From assembly GCA_963720755.1 (NCBI GenBank), contig CAVRGP010000002.1, forward strand, positions 288,001-352,000: a DNA stretch of 64,000 bases, written 5' to 3'. The position numbers and the translations under genes were made by a program. The number at the start of each line of letters is the position of its first letter. The first letter of the stretch is position 1. Below are positions 10,559 through 20,845 of the stretch, piece after piece. This DNA is from an uncultured Chloroflexia bacterium (GTDB taxonomy: Bacteria > Chloroflexota > Limnocylindria > Limnocylindrales > CSP1-4). The notes beneath the pieces are model-generated. The model was given only the letters and a program-made list of their open reading frames with translations, did not search any database and had not been told where the DNA came from.

Positions 10559-11869
10559 ATGCAGTTTCCTGGCCCGAGGCCCGCTCGACGGGCCGCGATG
10601 GCAGCCGTCATCGCCGGCATGTTGATCGCGACCGCGGCCTGCTCCGGCTCCACCGGCACGATATCGGCCGTCTCGACCGTCGGCGGCGTCGCACCGGCGG
10701 GAGTGACGACTGCCCAGCAGAGTCCGTCCGGCAGCAATTCCACCTCCGCCACCTCCTCCGGGTCAACCGCGGCGGCCACCTCGTCGGCGGCGCCGCGGCC
10801 GACGGTCGCGGTCACCTCGTCGCCGGCCTTCGGCGACGAGGAGCTGTCGCCGTCCGAGCCCGTCGTCATCTCGGTGGCTCGCGGCACCATCGCGCAGCTG
10901 ACGTTCACCAATCCCGAGGGCGTCCAGGTCGACGGCACCCTGAGCGCGGACAAGACGTCGTGGACGCTGGCCGAACCGCTGGGGTTCGGCCGCACCTACA
11001 CCGTGACCGGCACCGCGACCGGCACCGACGGCAGGCAGGTGCCGATCGAGGGCAGCTATACCACCGTCACGCCGGTCGACCAGATCACCACCAACATCTC
11101 GCCCGGCGACGGGGCGGTGGTCGGTGTTGCGGCTCCGGTGATCGTCCGGTTGGGTTACGAACCGGCTGACAAGGCGCTCATCGAGAGCCACGTCACGATC
11201 ACCACCACCCCGGCCGTGGAGGGTGCGTGGGCGTGGATCAGGCACGACGGCGACAAGTACCCGTCGCTGGACTGGCGCCCGAAGGAGTACTGGCCGTCCG
11301 GCACCGTGGTGCACGTCGAGTCCGACATCTACGGTCTGGACTTCGGCGGCGGCTACTACGGCGGCGACAACGTCACCAGCGACTTCACCATCGGGCGCAA
11401 TCAGGTGGTCAAGGCCGACGCCAATGCCTACAACATCGTTGTCCAGCAGGACGGGGTCACGGTGGCCACCTACGACGCGTCCTATGGGAGCGGAGACATC
11501 ATCGGCGACCCGAACCGGGTCACCCGCTCCGGCGTGCACGTGGTGATGGACAAGCAGGAAACCACCAAGATGAGCAACCCGGCGTACGGGTACACCAACA
11601 TCACCGAGCACTGGGCCGTGCGGATCAGTGACAACGGTGAGTTCATCCACCAGAACCAGGGCACCGTCGGCGACCAGGGCGTGGACAACGTCAGCCACGG
11701 CTGCATCAACCTGTCCGCGGAGAGCGCCGAGGCGTACTTCAACTCCGCGATCTACGGCGACCCGGTCGAGGTGACCGGAACCAGCGTGCCGCTGTCCGCC
11801 GCGGACGGCGACATCTACGACTGGGCGTACAGCTGGGACGAGTGGCAGGCGCTGTCGGCGCAGGCCTGA
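10559..11869 (+). CDS. L,D-transpeptidase lipoprotein with Ig-like domains
   Basis: Lipobox ATAAC; WRPKEYWPSGT; catalytic GEFIH...NVSHGCINL. Confidence 0.92.
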   Translation: MQFPGPRPARRAAMAAVIAGMLIATAACSGSTGTISAVSTVGGVAPAGVTTAQQSPSGSNSTSATSSGSTAAATSSAAPRPTVAVTSSPAFGDEELSPSEPVVISVARGTIAQLTFTNPEGVQVDGTLSADKTSWTLAEPLGFGRTYTVTGTATGTDGRQVPIEGSYTTVTPVDQITTNISPGDGAVVGVAAPVIVRLGYEPADKALIESHVTITTTPAVEGAWAWIRHDGDKYPSLDWRPKEYWPSGTVVHVESDIYGLDFGGGYYGGDNVTSDFTIGRNQVVKADANAYNIVVQQDGVTVATYDASYGSGDIIGDPNRVTRSGVHVVMDKQETTKMSNPAYGYTNITEHWAVRISDNGEFIHQNQGTVGDQGVDNVSHGCINLSAESAEAYFNSAIYGDPVEVTGTSVPLSAADGDIYDWAYSWDEWQALSAQA

Positions 11870-11945
11870 GTCGCCCGGGAAATGGCGAGCCTCACGGTCG
11901 GTGCGTCCGGTGGGCGGCGCCGGAGCGGTTAGACTCTTGCACGCC

Positions 11946-12018
11946 GCCGCTGTAGCTCAGTTGGCAGAGCATCTCACTCGTAATGAGAAGGTCTGGGGTT
12001 CGATTCCCCACAGCGGCT
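11946..12018 (+). tRNA. tRNA-Thr(CGT)
   Basis: GCCGCTG/CAGCGGC acceptor stem, anticodon loop CTCGTAA, T-loop GGTTCGATTCC. Confidence 0.95.
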
Positions 12019-12032
12019 CGTATCGACGCAGG

Positions 12033-12067
12033 TCAGGGGCGGTTCCCCGAGTAGCGGGCCGCCCCTG
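12033..12067 (+). terminator. Hairpin after tRNA-Thr
   Basis: caggggcggttcc...gggccgcccctg. Confidence 0.55.
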
Positions 12068-12155
12068 CTGCATTCGGCCGGTAGTGCGCGGCCCGTCGGG
12101 TCCGCATGCTGCGGCCTTACAGCTCACTGACGGGCAGCGAACCTTCGCAACCTGG

Positions 12156-12395
12156 CAACCGCTCCGGGAATCCACCACCGCTGCGGAGGGTGTGACTCCC
12201 CGGGGCCGTTGTGAGGTAGATGCTCTCGCGAGAAAAGTCGACAGGCCGCGAGTTCCTACCGCGCCAGCAGCGGAAGGAAATTCTGCTCCACCAACTGGGC
12301 GAAGGATGACGCGTCGAGAGAACCCTGCGGGGGACCTCGGCGTCCGTACAACCGCTGCGGGAATCCACCACAGCTGCAGACGGTTCGAATCCCGG
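12156..12395. repeat. Two imperfect ~45-bp direct repeats starting at 12156 and 12349
   Basis: caaccgctccgggaatccaccaccgctgcggagggt vs caaccgctgcgggaatccaccacagctgcagacggt. Confidence 0.75.
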
Positions 12396-12457
12396 CAGGT
12401 GTTGGCCGGTGGCCCCGGCGAGCGCGGCCTGGACCCGGATTCGATGGCGACCGGGGC

Positions 12458-12958
12458 TCAGCCGCCGTCGCTGGCACCAACCGCTCCGGGCCCCAGGGCC
12501 CCGAGGAGCGTCGCGCAGATGTCCTCGAAGTTCTCCAGCTGCTGCTGGCTCAACGGGTCGAACATGATGGACCGCACGGTCTCCGCGTGACTGGGAGCGA
12601 CCTCGACCAGTCGGTCGAAGCCGGCGTCGGTGAGTTCGGCGATCTGGCCGCGACGATCGCCGGGTGCCGGAATTCGGCGTACCCAACCGGCCTCCTCGAG
12701 CCGGGAGATCGCGTGTGACACCCGCGACTGGGACGCCTTGACCACGTCGGCGAGTTGGTTCATCCGCAGTCGACGGTCCGGTGCTTCGGAGAGCATGGCC
12801 AAGATCAGGTAGTAGGCGTGCGGCATTCCCGCCGCCTGCTGCAGGTCGCGCTCGATGCGTTCGTTGAGCTGCGAGGACAGCCGCAGGAAGGATCGCCACA
12901 CGTGTTGTTGCTCGGCAGAGAGCCAGGGTTCGTCGGGCACGGGAGTCAGTATCACCAT
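12458..12958 (-). CDS. MarR-family regulator
   Basis: WLSAEQQHVW, LRMNQLA..SQSRVSHAISRLEEAGWV, DRRG. Confidence 0.92.
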   Translation of the reverse strand: MVILTPVPDEPWLSAEQQHVWRSFLRLSSQLNERIERDLQQAAGMPHAYYLILAMLSEAPDRRLRMNQLADVVKASQSRVSHAISRLEEAGWVRRIPAPGDRRGQIAELTDAGFDRLVEVAPSHAETVRSIMFDPLSQQQLENFEDICATLLGALGPGAVGASDGG

Positions 12959-13057
12959 CGCAGGTCACAGAAAGCGATACTTGAACGCTCAACTACTTTG
13001 GGATAGGCTGTGAAGAGTGCTCCATCACCACCGTCGAAGTTTGCGAATCGAGTCCTC

Positions 13058-13870
13058 ATGGCCGTCGAATCTCCTGCCGCCACCCGTCCGAGCGCTGAGC
13101 GGATGCCCGTCCTCTACCTCTCGCACGGGGCACCGCCGCTGGCCGACGATCCGACCTGGACAGCGGAGTTGGCGGCCTGGAGCAGTGATCTGCCCCGGCC
13201 CACTTCGATCCTGGTGGTGTCGGCGCACTGGGAATCCGCGCCACTGACCGTCGGGGCCACCGACCAGGTGCCGCTGACCTACGACTTCGGGGGCTTCCCG
13301 CAGCGCTACTACGAGGTCACCTACCCCGCACCCGGCGCACCCGCACTCGCGCAGGACGTCGCGGCCCTCGTCGGGCGGCCGGGCCAGGAGGTCTACCAGG
13401 ATCCGCACCGCGGCCTGGACCACGGCGCGTATGTGCCGCTGGTCGAGATGTTCCCCAATGCGGACATCCCGGTGCTGCAGGTGTCGATGCCGACGCTCGA
13501 TCCGCGCCGGCTGTTCGAACTCGGGCGGTCACTGGCACCGCTGCGCGACGCGGGGGTGCTGATCATCGGGTCCGGCTTCACCACGCACAACCTGCGGGAG
13601 GCCCGCTTTGGCGACACCAGTGGCACCGGTCCGGCCTGGGGCCGGGAATTCGACGCCTGGGCGAAGCAGGCGGTGGAGTCCGGCGACATGGACGCGGTGC
13701 TGGACTTCCAGCACACCGCGCCGGCGGCCCGGATCGCCCACCCCAGGACAGAGCACTTCGCGCCGCTGTTCGTCTCGCTCGGAGCGAGCGCGGACACCTT
13801 CTCCGGTGCCCGCAGCGCGGTCGACGGGTTCTGGTACGGGATGGCCAAGCGGTCGTTCGAGATGAACTAG
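13058..13870 (+). CDS. Class III extradiol dioxygenase (LigB/DODA family)
   Basis: LSHGAP, VSAHWE, YDFGGFP, RGLDHG, GSGFTTHNL, AHPRTEHF. Confidence 0.92.
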   Translation: MAVESPAATRPSAERMPVLYLSHGAPPLADDPTWTAELAAWSSDLPRPTSILVVSAHWESAPLTVGATDQVPLTYDFGGFPQRYYEVTYPAPGAPALAQDVAALVGRPGQEVYQDPHRGLDHGAYVPLVEMFPNADIPVLQVSMPTLDPRRLFELGRSLAPLRDAGVLIIGSGFTTHNLREARFGDTSGTGPAWGREFDAWAKQAVESGDMDAVLDFQHTAPAARIAHPRTEHFAPLFVSLGASADTFSGARSAVDGFWYGMAKRSFEMN

Positions 13871-13918
13871 GACCGCACTTCTTCCTCCGATGGCGCCTCA
13901 CCACCCCGTCGGAGGCGA

Positions 13919-14911
13919 CTAACCCACGCGCGTCGGGTTCGGCGGCACGGCAGGGTGATCGATCGGTGCTGCTGGTCGGGCAGCGGGCCGCCGGGCAATG
14001 GCGACACCGACCAGCGAGATCACCCCGCCGACGACGGCGAGCACCGCGGGGACCTCCCCGAGGAAGATCCAGCCCAACAGGATCGCGATCGGCGGCACCG
14101 CGTAGGTGGTTGCGCCCAATCGCCCGGCATCTGTCCTGGCCAGGGCGTAGGCCCAGGTCAGGAAGGCTGTCGCGGTGGGGACGACACCCAGGTAGACCAT
14201 CCCCAGGGTGGTGCCGGTCGAGGCCGCCCGGACATCGCTGAGCAGGGCCGGGACGAAGGGCAGGCAGGCGACGGTGCCGATCAGGCAGGCCAGCCAGGTC
14301 ACCTGCAGGCCCGGGATCCGGCGCAGGACCACCTTCTGGGCCACCACCGCGGCCGCGTAGACGACGGCCGCGAGCAGCACCAGCAGCACCCCGCCGAGGT
14401 CGGCATTGCCCGTGCTGGTCGCCACCCCGATCAGGATCGTGCCGCCGAAGGCGACCAATCCGCCGATCACCAGCATCCGGGGGAAACCCTCGCCGAGCAG
14501 CAGGCCGGCCAACACGCCGATCAGGATCGGGGCCAGCTGGATCAGCATGGCCGCCGTGCCCGCGTCGACGAGTTGCTCGCCCGCATTGAGCGCGACGTTG
14601 TAGACGCCGAACCACAACACCCCGATCAACGTGACCAGCGCCCACTCCCGGCCGCTCATCGGGACCCACACCCGCCGCACCGCCATGATCGCGGTCAAGC
14701 ACAGCGACGCGATGGTGAGCCGGCCGACGCTGAGCCCGCCGGGGGAGTACTCCTGGCCGACAAACCGGATCACCACGAAAGCGGACGCCCAGGCGAGCAC
14801 GGTGAACGAGGCTGCGGCGAGCACTCGCCAGGAGGTGGTGGAGGCGGCGGCGGCCGGCGCGGCCGAGGGCGGAGAGGAAGGCACCAGGTCAGTATCGACG
14901 TCTCCCATCAT
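13919..14911 (-). CDS. EamA/DMT family transporter
   Basis: About ten TM segments, WASAF start motif, GWIFLGE. Confidence 0.9.
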   Translation of the reverse strand: MMGDVDTDLVPSSPPSAAPAAAASTTSWRVLAAASFTVLAWASAFVVIRFVGQEYSPGGLSVGRLTIASLCLTAIMAVRRVWVPMSGREWALVTLIGVLWFGVYNVALNAGEQLVDAGTAAMLIQLAPILIGVLAGLLLGEGFPRMLVIGGLVAFGGTILIGVATSTGNADLGGVLLVLLAAVVYAAAVVAQKVVLRRIPGLQVTWLACLIGTVACLPFVPALLSDVRAASTGTTLGMVYLGVVPTATAFLTWAYALARTDAGRLGATTYAVPPIAILLGWIFLGEVPAVLAVVGGVISLVGVAIARRPAARPAAPIDHPAVPPNPTRVG

Positions 14912-14986
14912 CAGCACCAGCAATGGTTTCTGGCCCCAAAACAGCAGTTTTCCTGATGTATCCGCGCCAGGGTCGAGCGCAGGCGG

Positions 14987-16123
14987 GTGACTGGCAGGAC
15001 GGACACTGGACCGGTGACCGCATCGCAGCTCTGGCAGCCGGAGATCGCCGCCCTGCACCGAGCGGTCGCCCTCGCCGATCGGGGAGCCGGCACCGCGCTA
15101 CCCAATCCCGTCGTCGGCTGCGTGCTGCTGGCCCCTGGCGGCTGGACCGTTGGCGAGGGCTTCCACGAGCGGGCCGGCGGTCCGCATGCGGAAGTGGTGG
15201 CGCTGCGGGCGGCCGGTGCCTGGGCCCGCGGGGCGACGGCCGTCGTCACCCTCGAACCGTGCAACCACACCGGACGCACCGGGCCCTGCTCCGAGGCGTT
15301 GTTGGCCGCCGGGGTCGCCCGGGTGATCGTCGCCGTCCGCGACCCGTGGCCGACCGCCGCCGGCGGGATCGGCCGGCTGCGGGCCGGTGGCGTCGACGTC
15401 ATCGATCTTGCCGAGGCCGGGTCCGAAACACTCGAAGCGGGTCAGGGTGTGGCTGCCGCCGAGGACGTCAACCGGGTGTGGCTGACGGCCACCAGGAAGA
15501 GCCGGCCGTTCGTCACCTGGAAGACCGGGATGACGATCGACGGCCGGGTCGCGGCCGCGGACGGCACCAGTCGTTGGATCACCTCGGCAGCCGCCCGCGC
15601 CGATGTGCACGCCCTGCGGGCCCGGGTCGACACGATGATGGTCGGCGTCGGCACCGTGCTGGCCGACGATCCGCAGTTGACGGTCCGGGACGCGGACGGA
15701 GTAGCCACGGGTCGCCAACCACTCCGTGTCGTGGTCGATACGCACGGCAGAACACCGTCCGACGCAAGGGTTCTCGATGATGCTGCCGACACCTGGCTGG
15801 CCACGGCGGCCGAGGTGGGTGGCGACCCGTCGGGTCGGGTGGACCTCGGGGCCCTGCTGCGCAGGCTGTACGAGCGGGGCCGGCGGCATGTGCTGCTGGA
15901 GGGCGGCCCGACGGTGGCCGCCGCGTTCCTGGACGCCGGCCTGATCGACGAGGCGCTCGTCTACATTGCCCCCACCCTGCTCGGCGCCGGCCGGTCCGCC
16001 CTGTCGGGCGGTTCGGTCGCAACACTGGCCGACGCGCATCACGCCGAGTTGCGGGAGCTCACCAGGATCGGCCCCGACGCCAGGCTGCGGTACGCGCTGA
16101 ATGGTTCGCCCACTGCGAGTTGA
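14987..16123 (+). CDS. ribD: Riboflavin biosynthesis deaminase/reductase
   Basis: PNPVVG, HAEV, TLEPCNHTGRTGPC, SRWIT, VGVGTVLADDP, LLEGG. Confidence 0.95.
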   Translation: MTGRTDTGPVTASQLWQPEIAALHRAVALADRGAGTALPNPVVGCVLLAPGGWTVGEGFHERAGGPHAEVVALRAAGAWARGATAVVTLEPCNHTGRTGPCSEALLAAGVARVIVAVRDPWPTAAGGIGRLRAGGVDVIDLAEAGSETLEAGQGVAAAEDVNRVWLTATRKSRPFVTWKTGMTIDGRVAAADGTSRWITSAAARADVHALRARVDTMMVGVGTVLADDPQLTVRDADGVATGRQPLRVVVDTHGRTPSDARVLDDAADTWLATAAEVGGDPSGRVDLGALLRRLYERGRRHVLLEGGPTVAAAFLDAGLIDEALVYIAPTLLGAGRSALSGGSVATLADAHHAELRELTRIGPDARLRYALNGSPTAS

Positions 16124-16367
16124 CCGCCACGGCTGATGTCCTGCTCCACAGCCGTCACTCGACCTGCCCTCGAGGCTTCCCCCGAACGGATGGTGTCTCG
16201 TGCACGACATTGCCGAGTGCGAATGAATGGTTCATCATTCTCGTTGAGAAACGGGCAGGAGTGGTACCGGTCGAGTATTTCGGGGCACAGAGTGCGCGAT
16301 CCGGCGATCTTAGCGGGTTTCCTACGGTAATATCGTTGATTCCCGACCATCACCGAATGCCAGGGGT

Positions 16368-17954
16368 TTGCCACGGGGCACGAAATTCGATATTCGAGAT
16401 TGCCGTTCGGACATGCGGACCTGCGGGGAGAGTGTTGATATGGGGTGCCGTGGAGGTCGTCGGACGGCCTTGTGGAAATGGCGGCAGCTGGCGGCCGGAA
16501 TGGTTGCCCTGCTGATGGGGATCGTCGTCGTCCCAGCCGCATTGCCCTCTCCCGATGTATCTGCCGCTGTCGCGGAGTCGACCGGCGTCTTCGCCGCTTC
16601 CGGCGTGCAGGTCACCGACGGTTCGACTATTGCGGGCGGCGTGCTCTCGCCGCTCACCGTCCGCACCACCGACCCAGGCGTGACGAGGGTGAAATGTGTA
16701 TTCGACGGCGTCTATCTCGGCATCGACAATGCCAGCCCATATTCTTTTGTTGTCGCACCTGCACTCGGTGAGCACACGTTGCGGTGCACCCTCCTGCGGT
16801 ACAACGGTTCCTCGTCCGGAATTCGCCTGCGTTTCAGCGTCAAGGCGGCGGCATTGCCGCCAACCAGTTCGCCTGGTTCGCCATCGCCGCAGAATTCCGC
16901 GAGCACGAGCGTGGCGGCCTCGTCGGCCGCGGTCGGCCAAGAGAGCGAAGATGTCGTGGTCACTGACGCTGCCGGCCTGCAACTTGCCCTTCGCAATGCT
17001 CGCCCCGGCATGACCATCACCATGAGAGACGGTTCCTACAAAGGAAACGAGGTCAGGGACACGACCGGCAAAGAGCCCGGCCGCTTCGTCGCCGCCGCGT
17101 CCGGCACCGCGACCGCACCGATCATCCTGCGGGGCTCACGTGCGGCAGTGCTCGACGGCGGCGGCGCCGGGGGAGGCTACGCCCTGCATTTGACGGGTGC
17201 CAATTACTGGAGCCTTCAGGGTTTCACGGTTTCGGCGGCTTCCCGAGGAATTGTGCTGGACAGATCGAGCCATAATATTATTGAAGGTGTTCACGTGACG
17301 AACATCGGTAACGAGGGTGTTCATTTCAGGGCGTTCTCGAGCGATAACCTGCTGACAAACAGCGTGGTTGACACCACCGGTGCCTCCTCTCCGATCTATG
17401 GAGAGGGAGTTTACATCGGATCCGCTCGCTCGAACTGGGGAACCTACAGTGGCGGCGCACCGGACAGATCCGATCGCAATCGGATCATCAATAATTCGAT
17501 CGTGGACACCTCCGCCGAGAACATCGACATCAAGGAGGGATCATCGGCCGGCGTCGTGCAGGGCAACGTCCTGGGCGGTGACAAGATCGCCGCCAAGAAC
17601 TCCGCCGACTCCTGGGTCGACGTCAAGGGCAACGGGTACCTGATCGACGCCAACCACGGCGTCACCGCTCCGCGACCGGGCACCACCACGTGCGGTGACC
17701 CGATGCAGGACCCCCATTCGGTCCAGAACCCCTTCTGCGATGGCATCCAGGTGCACGTGGTCGCCAGCGGTTGGGGGCAGGACAACACGTTCAGCAACAA
17801 CAGACTGGAGGTGAACGCGCCAGGGGTCGGCATCTGGCTGCAGAACACGGCAGTGTCGTTGAACAACGTGATCAGATGCAACAACAGTGTGACCGGCGCC
17901 GGCGCCGGATCCTACGCAACGAACAAGTACAGCCTCCTGAAATGTGCTCCGTGA
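16368..17954 (+). CDS. Secreted right-handed parallel beta-helix protein (polysaccharide lyase-like) with N-terminal Ig-like domain; true start probably 16413-16440
   Basis: Signal peptide; EGVHFR, GEGVYIGS, ENIDIKEG, DSWVDVKGN. Confidence 0.8.
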   Translation: MPRGTKFDIRDCRSDMRTCGESVDMGCRGGRRTALWKWRQLAAGMVALLMGIVVVPAALPSPDVSAAVAESTGVFAASGVQVTDGSTIAGGVLSPLTVRTTDPGVTRVKCVFDGVYLGIDNASPYSFVVAPALGEHTLRCTLLRYNGSSSGIRLRFSVKAAALPPTSSPGSPSPQNSASTSVAASSAAVGQESEDVVVTDAAGLQLALRNARPGMTITMRDGSYKGNEVRDTTGKEPGRFVAAASGTATAPIILRGSRAAVLDGGGAGGGYALHLTGANYWSLQGFTVSAASRGIVLDRSSHNIIEGVHVTNIGNEGVHFRAFSSDNLLTNSVVDTTGASSPIYGEGVYIGSARSNWGTYSGGAPDRSDRNRIINNSIVDTSAENIDIKEGSSAGVVQGNVLGGDKIAAKNSADSWVDVKGNGYLIDANHGVTAPRPGTTTCGDPMQDPHSVQNPFCDGIQVHVVASGWGQDNTFSNNRLEVNAPGVGIWLQNTAVSLNNVIRCNNSVTGAGAGSYATNKYSLLKCAP

Positions 17955-18537
17955 CAACGACGCTGTGACCTCTTCTGAAGACCTCGGTCAATCACTTGCA
18001 GTGGCCGCCGTGGTGCCCGCGACTATTGCTTCTGATCAGCGATCAGCAATCAGTGGCCGTTGGGCCACCTGCCGATCTATTCCGGGTAGGGCGTATTTGC
18101 CGCGACGCGGTAAATATGGCCCGCTGGGCAGATGGGTTGCCCCAAAGGAACCTCCACACGTTCGCCGGGTCTCTCGGTCGATGGAGGCTGTTGCCGTGTC
18201 AGCACCGATAGGGATCGTCCGCATTCTGGACAAGCGGTCTTCAGTCGTCTGTTGCCACTCATATCCGCCCCATTTACTCTCGCAGCGCTCACCCACGTCG
18301 GAGTAAGCGAGATTTCCGAACTTCGCATCTGCAAGCAACCAGCCGTCGGGAGTCCGGACATCCTCCGGGGGAGAGGCTATCGGGCCCGCGGGACTAGGGC
18401 GATCGTCAATGCGGGCTGAATCCAACGGGAATTCAGAAGACAAGTGCAGCGCACTTGACCCGCCGACCAATCGGGATTGAGGACGGTCCACCGGGTTCGG
18501 GCTGGCGCCGGCCCGAACTTCGGCGGAGCATGTCGGG

Positions 18538-19368
18538 ATGGCCGTGTCGATGTCACAGCACCAGATGGCGGTACTCCCGCAACTGCGCTACCAGCCGACA
18601 CCCAAGCATGTACGAGTCCGGCTGGGTGACGATCTGGTCGCCGACAGCACCGGGGCGGTGCTGATCTGGGAGCCGCACCGGGTGGTCGCGTCGTACGGGA
18701 TACCGGAGGCCGACATCTCGGCGAACCTGACGCCGACAGATGGGGGCCCGGAGCCCGAGTATCGAACGATCGGGTTCGGCGCCGCGGGCCCGCCCCTGCT
18801 CGACCCCAGCGTGCCGTTCGCCGTGCACACCGCGAACGGTGAACCGATGACCGTCGCTGCCGGGGGTAGCAGCCGGGAGGGAGCCGCGTTCCGGCTCAGC
18901 GACCCGGACTTGGCCGGTCTGGTCGTGCTGGATTTCGACGCGTTCGACTGGTGGGAGGAGGACGAACAGATCATCGGCCACGCCCGGGATCCGTTTCACC
19001 GCATCGACGTTCGGCGCACGTCACGCCGGATCCGGATCGAGTACAACGGCGTCGTATTGGCCGATACCGAGCGGGCGCGGGCCTTGTTCGAGGGCACCTT
19101 TCCGGTCGTTCGGTACTACCTGCCGGCCGAGGACGTCCGGGTCGTGCTCACGCCGAGCGCCCTGCGCACCACCTGTGCCTACAAGGGTCACGCGACCCAC
19201 TTCACGGCGGAGGTCGGCGACGAGGAACTGCCGGACATCGCCTGGTCGTACCCGGAACCGCTGGCGGACGCCGCCGAGGTGGCCGGAATGATTGCGTTCT
19301 ACCAAGAACGCCTGGACGTGTTCATCGACGACGAACCGGTTCAGCGAGTCCGCACGCCCTGGTCGTGA
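18538..19368 (+). CDS. DUF427 double-domain protein
   Basis: GHARDPFHRIDV, RYYLP, TTCAYKGHA, AWSYPEP, RTPWS. Confidence 0.9.
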   Translation: MAVSMSQHQMAVLPQLRYQPTPKHVRVRLGDDLVADSTGAVLIWEPHRVVASYGIPEADISANLTPTDGGPEPEYRTIGFGAAGPPLLDPSVPFAVHTANGEPMTVAAGGSSREGAAFRLSDPDLAGLVVLDFDAFDWWEEDEQIIGHARDPFHRIDVRRTSRRIRIEYNGVVLADTERARALFEGTFPVVRYYLPAEDVRVVLTPSALRTTCAYKGHATHFTAEVGDEELPDIAWSYPEPLADAAEVAGMIAFYQERLDVFIDDEPVQRVRTPWS

Positions 19369-19419
19369 CGAGAGACCTGCACCGACGGCGGTTCGGGGCT
19401 TCGTTCGAGCGCCTGACCG

Positions 19420-19641
19420 TCAGCCATCCGACTTCGTCAAGGCCGCCGGCTTGTGCACCGCGTCCTTGCCGGATTTGTCGCTCTCCACCAGGTACTGCGG
19501 ATGGCCCTTGTCTGCCTTGACCTTTCGGCCGCCGGCCACGGTGTCGGAGGTGATCTTCTCCTGCACCGTGCCCTCGGTGGTCGTGCCGTGCGTCTGCCAG
19601 GTCACCTTGTTGCCCGGGCGAAGTTCCTCGTCGTTTGCCAT
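19420..19641 (-). CDS. DUF2945 (Hva1 TUDOR-like) small protein
   Basis: GNKVTW..GTTEGTV..PQYLVESDKSGKDAVHKPAAL. Confidence 0.85.
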   Translation of the reverse strand: MANDEELRPGNKVTWQTHGTTTEGTVQEKITSDTVAGGRKVKADKGHPQYLVESDKSGKDAVHKPAALTKSDG

Positions 19642-19733
19642 GGCTGCTTGATTCCCACTCTCGGCCGAGCCAACCCGCACCCGGCCGCCGGCTTGCCACC
19701 TGCGACGCAGGTGGTGGGTCAGGTGGGACTCGA

Positions 19734-20372
19734 CTACTCAGGCTGCAACCGGGCGCGCACAGCGTCGATCACGAAGTCGACGAACGCAGCGTCCAGCGGC
19801 TCGCGGGAGTACCAGCGTCGAAAGTACAAGGGTCCGCGCAGAGCCGCCACGGTCGCGGAGTGGTCTGTCCCGGAGGGTATTTCTCCTCGTTCGGCCGCTC
19901 GGTGGAGGGCAGCCCGCAATGGCGCCGCGTGCCATCGCTGGAGCGTGCTGTGCAGCTCGGCAATTTTTGGATCGCGCTCCGCGGCATCGACGATGGAGGG
20001 CAGGATGCTGGCCCAGCGTGCCGTGGACAGCAGTTCGGCCAGTTCCATCAGGATCGCGCGGACGTCGCCGTCGAAGGACCCGGTGTCAGGTGGGGCCTCG
20101 TCACCGTCCGTCATGCGCAAGCACGCGTCGACGACGAGATCCGTTCGTTCTGGCCAGTGTCGGTAGATGGTGGTCTTGGCGACCCCGGAGCGCTTGGCGA
20201 CTTCGTCGATGGTGAGTCCGCCCACGCCGGTCTCCATCAGCAGGTCGAGGGTTGCGGTGAGGACCCGCTCACGCGAGACGGCTACCCGTGGATCGGTCGA
20301 GGGCTGGCGTCGCTGGCGCGCCGGCTCCAGGACGCCGCGACGTCGGTCGCCGGCTGAGCCGCTTGGTGACAT
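19734..20372 (-). CDS. TetR-family regulator
   Basis: LTIDEVAKRSGVAKTTIYRHW. Confidence 0.92.
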   Translation of the reverse strand: MSPSGSAGDRRRGVLEPARQRRQPSTDPRVAVSRERVLTATLDLLMETGVGGLTIDEVAKRSGVAKTTIYRHWPERTDLVVDACLRMTDGDEAPPDTGSFDGDVRAILMELAELLSTARWASILPSIVDAAERDPKIAELHSTLQRWHAAPLRAALHRAAERGEIPSGTDHSATVAALRGPLYFRRWYSREPLDAAFVDFVIDAVRARLQPE

Positions 20373-20395
20373 TTCTCGGGTCCTCCTTTGAGCTG

Positions 20396-20422
20396 TTCGC
20401 TACGCTACTGTAGCGTAGTGAA
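20396..20422. promoter_or_regulatory. Probable TetR operator between the divergent tetR and VOC genes
   Basis: ttcgctacgctac-t-gtagcgtagtgaa, 12/13 inverted match. Confidence 0.7.
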
Positions 20423-20446
20423 TCTGTTGACAAGAAGGAGAGATCG

Positions 20447-20845
20447 ATGGACCTCGCATCCGTTCGCCTCATCACCGACAACCTGGAAGAGATGGTTCAG
20501 TTCTACGAGGTCGTCACTGGTGTGACCGCCGACCGACCTGCTCCAGTGTTCGCCGAATTCCGCTTCCACTCCTGCACTCTCGCCATCGGCCACACCAGCA
20601 CGGCCCAACTGTTCAACAACGCTGCCCGGCCGGCCGACAACCACACGGTGATTCTGGAATGGATCGTCGAGGACGTCACCGCAGAGTACGAACGATTGGC
20701 GTCCATCGTTGCCGCCTGGGAGCAGGAACCGACCCTCATGCCATGGGGTAACCGGTCGATCCTCTTCCGCGACCCGGACGGCAATCTCGTCAATCTCTTC
20801 ACACCGGAGAGCGATGAGGCGAAGAAGCGCTTTGTCCGTGCGTAG
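20447..20845 (+). CDS. VOC/glyoxalase family protein
   Basis: PTLMPWGNRSILFRDPDGNLVN; GGAG RBS. Confidence 0.92.
   Translation: MDLASVRLITDNLEEMVQFYEVVTGVTADRPAPVFAEFRFHSCTLAIGHTSTAQLFNNAARPADNHTVILEWIVEDVTAEYERLASIVAAWEQEPTLMPWGNRSILFRDPDGNLVNLFTPESDEAKKRFVRA

Noticed and set aside
12156-12395. CRISPR array
   Set aside because: Only two imperfect copies, a spacer of about 150 bp, and no cas genes
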